Below are positions 62,990 through 64,000 of a DNA stretch of 64,000 nt, piece after piece. The DNA is taken from contig OZ037767.1 in the NCBI GenBank assembly GCA_964035545.1, forward strand, positions 15,256,998-15,320,997, written 5' to 3'. Position numbers and translations under genes: made by a program. This DNA comes from Bugula neritina (taxonomy: Eukaryota; Animalia; Bryozoa). The notes under the pieces are model-generated. The model ran no database searches and was not told where the DNA came from. It saw only the letters and a program-made list of their open reading frames with translations. Positions within the stretch are counted from its first letter, which is position 1, and every line of letters begins with the position of its first letter.

Positions 62990-63264
62990 TGTAATGGGGC
63001 GTGGTTTACGCGTCAAGCGCACGCCCTGCCAATCACAGAGAGTGATAGATGACAATTGTATTAAGCCAAGCAGAACAGTAGTAGTTAGTTAGCGTGTACT
63101 TGCAGCGATGTAAAGTAGCAATTACAGTGATACTTATAGATATTTTCATGTTCTATTTTATGGTTTATAATAAAGTTTACAAACGAAACTACAGTCGAAT
63201 TGCCTGTGACTAAATGCTAATTGCTCACTAGAAAGCCCACATAATCATTGTGCATCGCACAACA
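62990..63264 (+). repeat. 3' LTR
   Basis: 275-bp direct repeat of 55809-56083, followed by the TSD ATAT. Confidence 0.97.
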
Positions 63265-64000
63265 ATATTCAACAATCTTAGCAATTTATGAAACTGTTCA
63301 TGTAAAATCTAAATTTAAAATTTTTTTTCAGTATTGCTGTAATTCTCCGTATAAGTTTTGTTAGTTTGTTGAAAATTCATCTTTTTGTATACCTATAATA
63401 CTTTAAACAAACATTACATATGACTTGAATATTGATTAGTGCTACATGAATTAGCTTAGGACTTGTTTGACAAAGATCAAATTCAATAATTAAATTATGT
63501 GGTGAATATTGGACTATGATATGTTCAAATTTGTTTTATTATTTTAAAACTTGTTTGATTTCATGCAAGTCCAACATTTTGGCCTATAATGTAAACGAAC
63601 GGTTTTTATCATATCAACAAAGCGCTTAATGCAATAATTACATTCTTAGCAAAATGGCAACATGTGTTAATTTGATTTTTAAAAAACTGTAACAATAAAC
63701 ATTTCCTTGATAGCACTTTTGCAATATAGAATATTTAGTTTAAATTGCGGTACCTTGTATGAACTGCGGTAGACATTATATGAATTAGGTTTTGTTTATA
63801 CCTTAATGATTTCCAGTCAGAAATTTAATTTGGCAGCGTTGAAATTTTTCCATTAGGTTGCATTGCATTATTAAAGTCACTCGTAAACATTTTTGTACTG
63901 TGATAACTTAATCGGCCGAGTTCAAAATAACAATCAAAAGGATTAATAACTCTTTGTAAACATCATTATTTAGTTATGACTTGAGTGACTATAGATGACA

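Larger units (their letters stand above)
55809..63264 (+). mobile_element. Full-length Ty3/Gypsy LTR retrotransposon (inactivated)
   Basis: 275-bp LTRs TG...CA, 4-bp TSD ATAT (55805-55808, 63265-63268), PBS, PPT, and domain order gag-PR-RT-RH-INT. Confidence 0.98.

Overview
AT-rich animal (invertebrate-like) genomic DNA dominated by nested insertions. (1) An intronless ankyrin-repeat gene on the minus strand (ATG at 974, running off the left edge) is built from 36-41 aa units with a near-invariant scaffold and variable putative binding-face residues. It has NF-kB-type sites upstream. (2) An intron-containing, 5'-truncated CPEB1/orb pseudogene lies on the plus strand. Its RRM2 exon is split between ~2152-2282 and 44728-44762, with further exons at 48792-48890, 49062-49154 and 49755-49895. 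(3) The split is caused by a ~20.4 kb DNA-transposon-like unit (CAG...CTG ends, imperfect TIRs, repeated subterminal motif, 8-bp TSD CAGCATTG). It is present twice (2283-22715, 24232-44727), with a 1.5 kb host segment (767-2282) duplicated between the copies. Each copy carries a decayed R4/Dong-type non-LTR retrotransposon, a foldback MITE, a long hexamer-periodic tract and a polypyrimidine tract. I see no recognisable transposase. (4) Two independent insertions of a 3.7 kb non-autonomous CACTA/EnSpm-like element (45005-48709, 49938-53619). (5) A disrupted NHL/beta-propeller + PAN/apple gene (minus strand). (6) A full-length but mutated Ty3/Gypsy LTR retrotransposon (55809-63264) with an extra C2H2 zinc-finger/coiled-coil ORF. 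All alignments and counts were done by eye.
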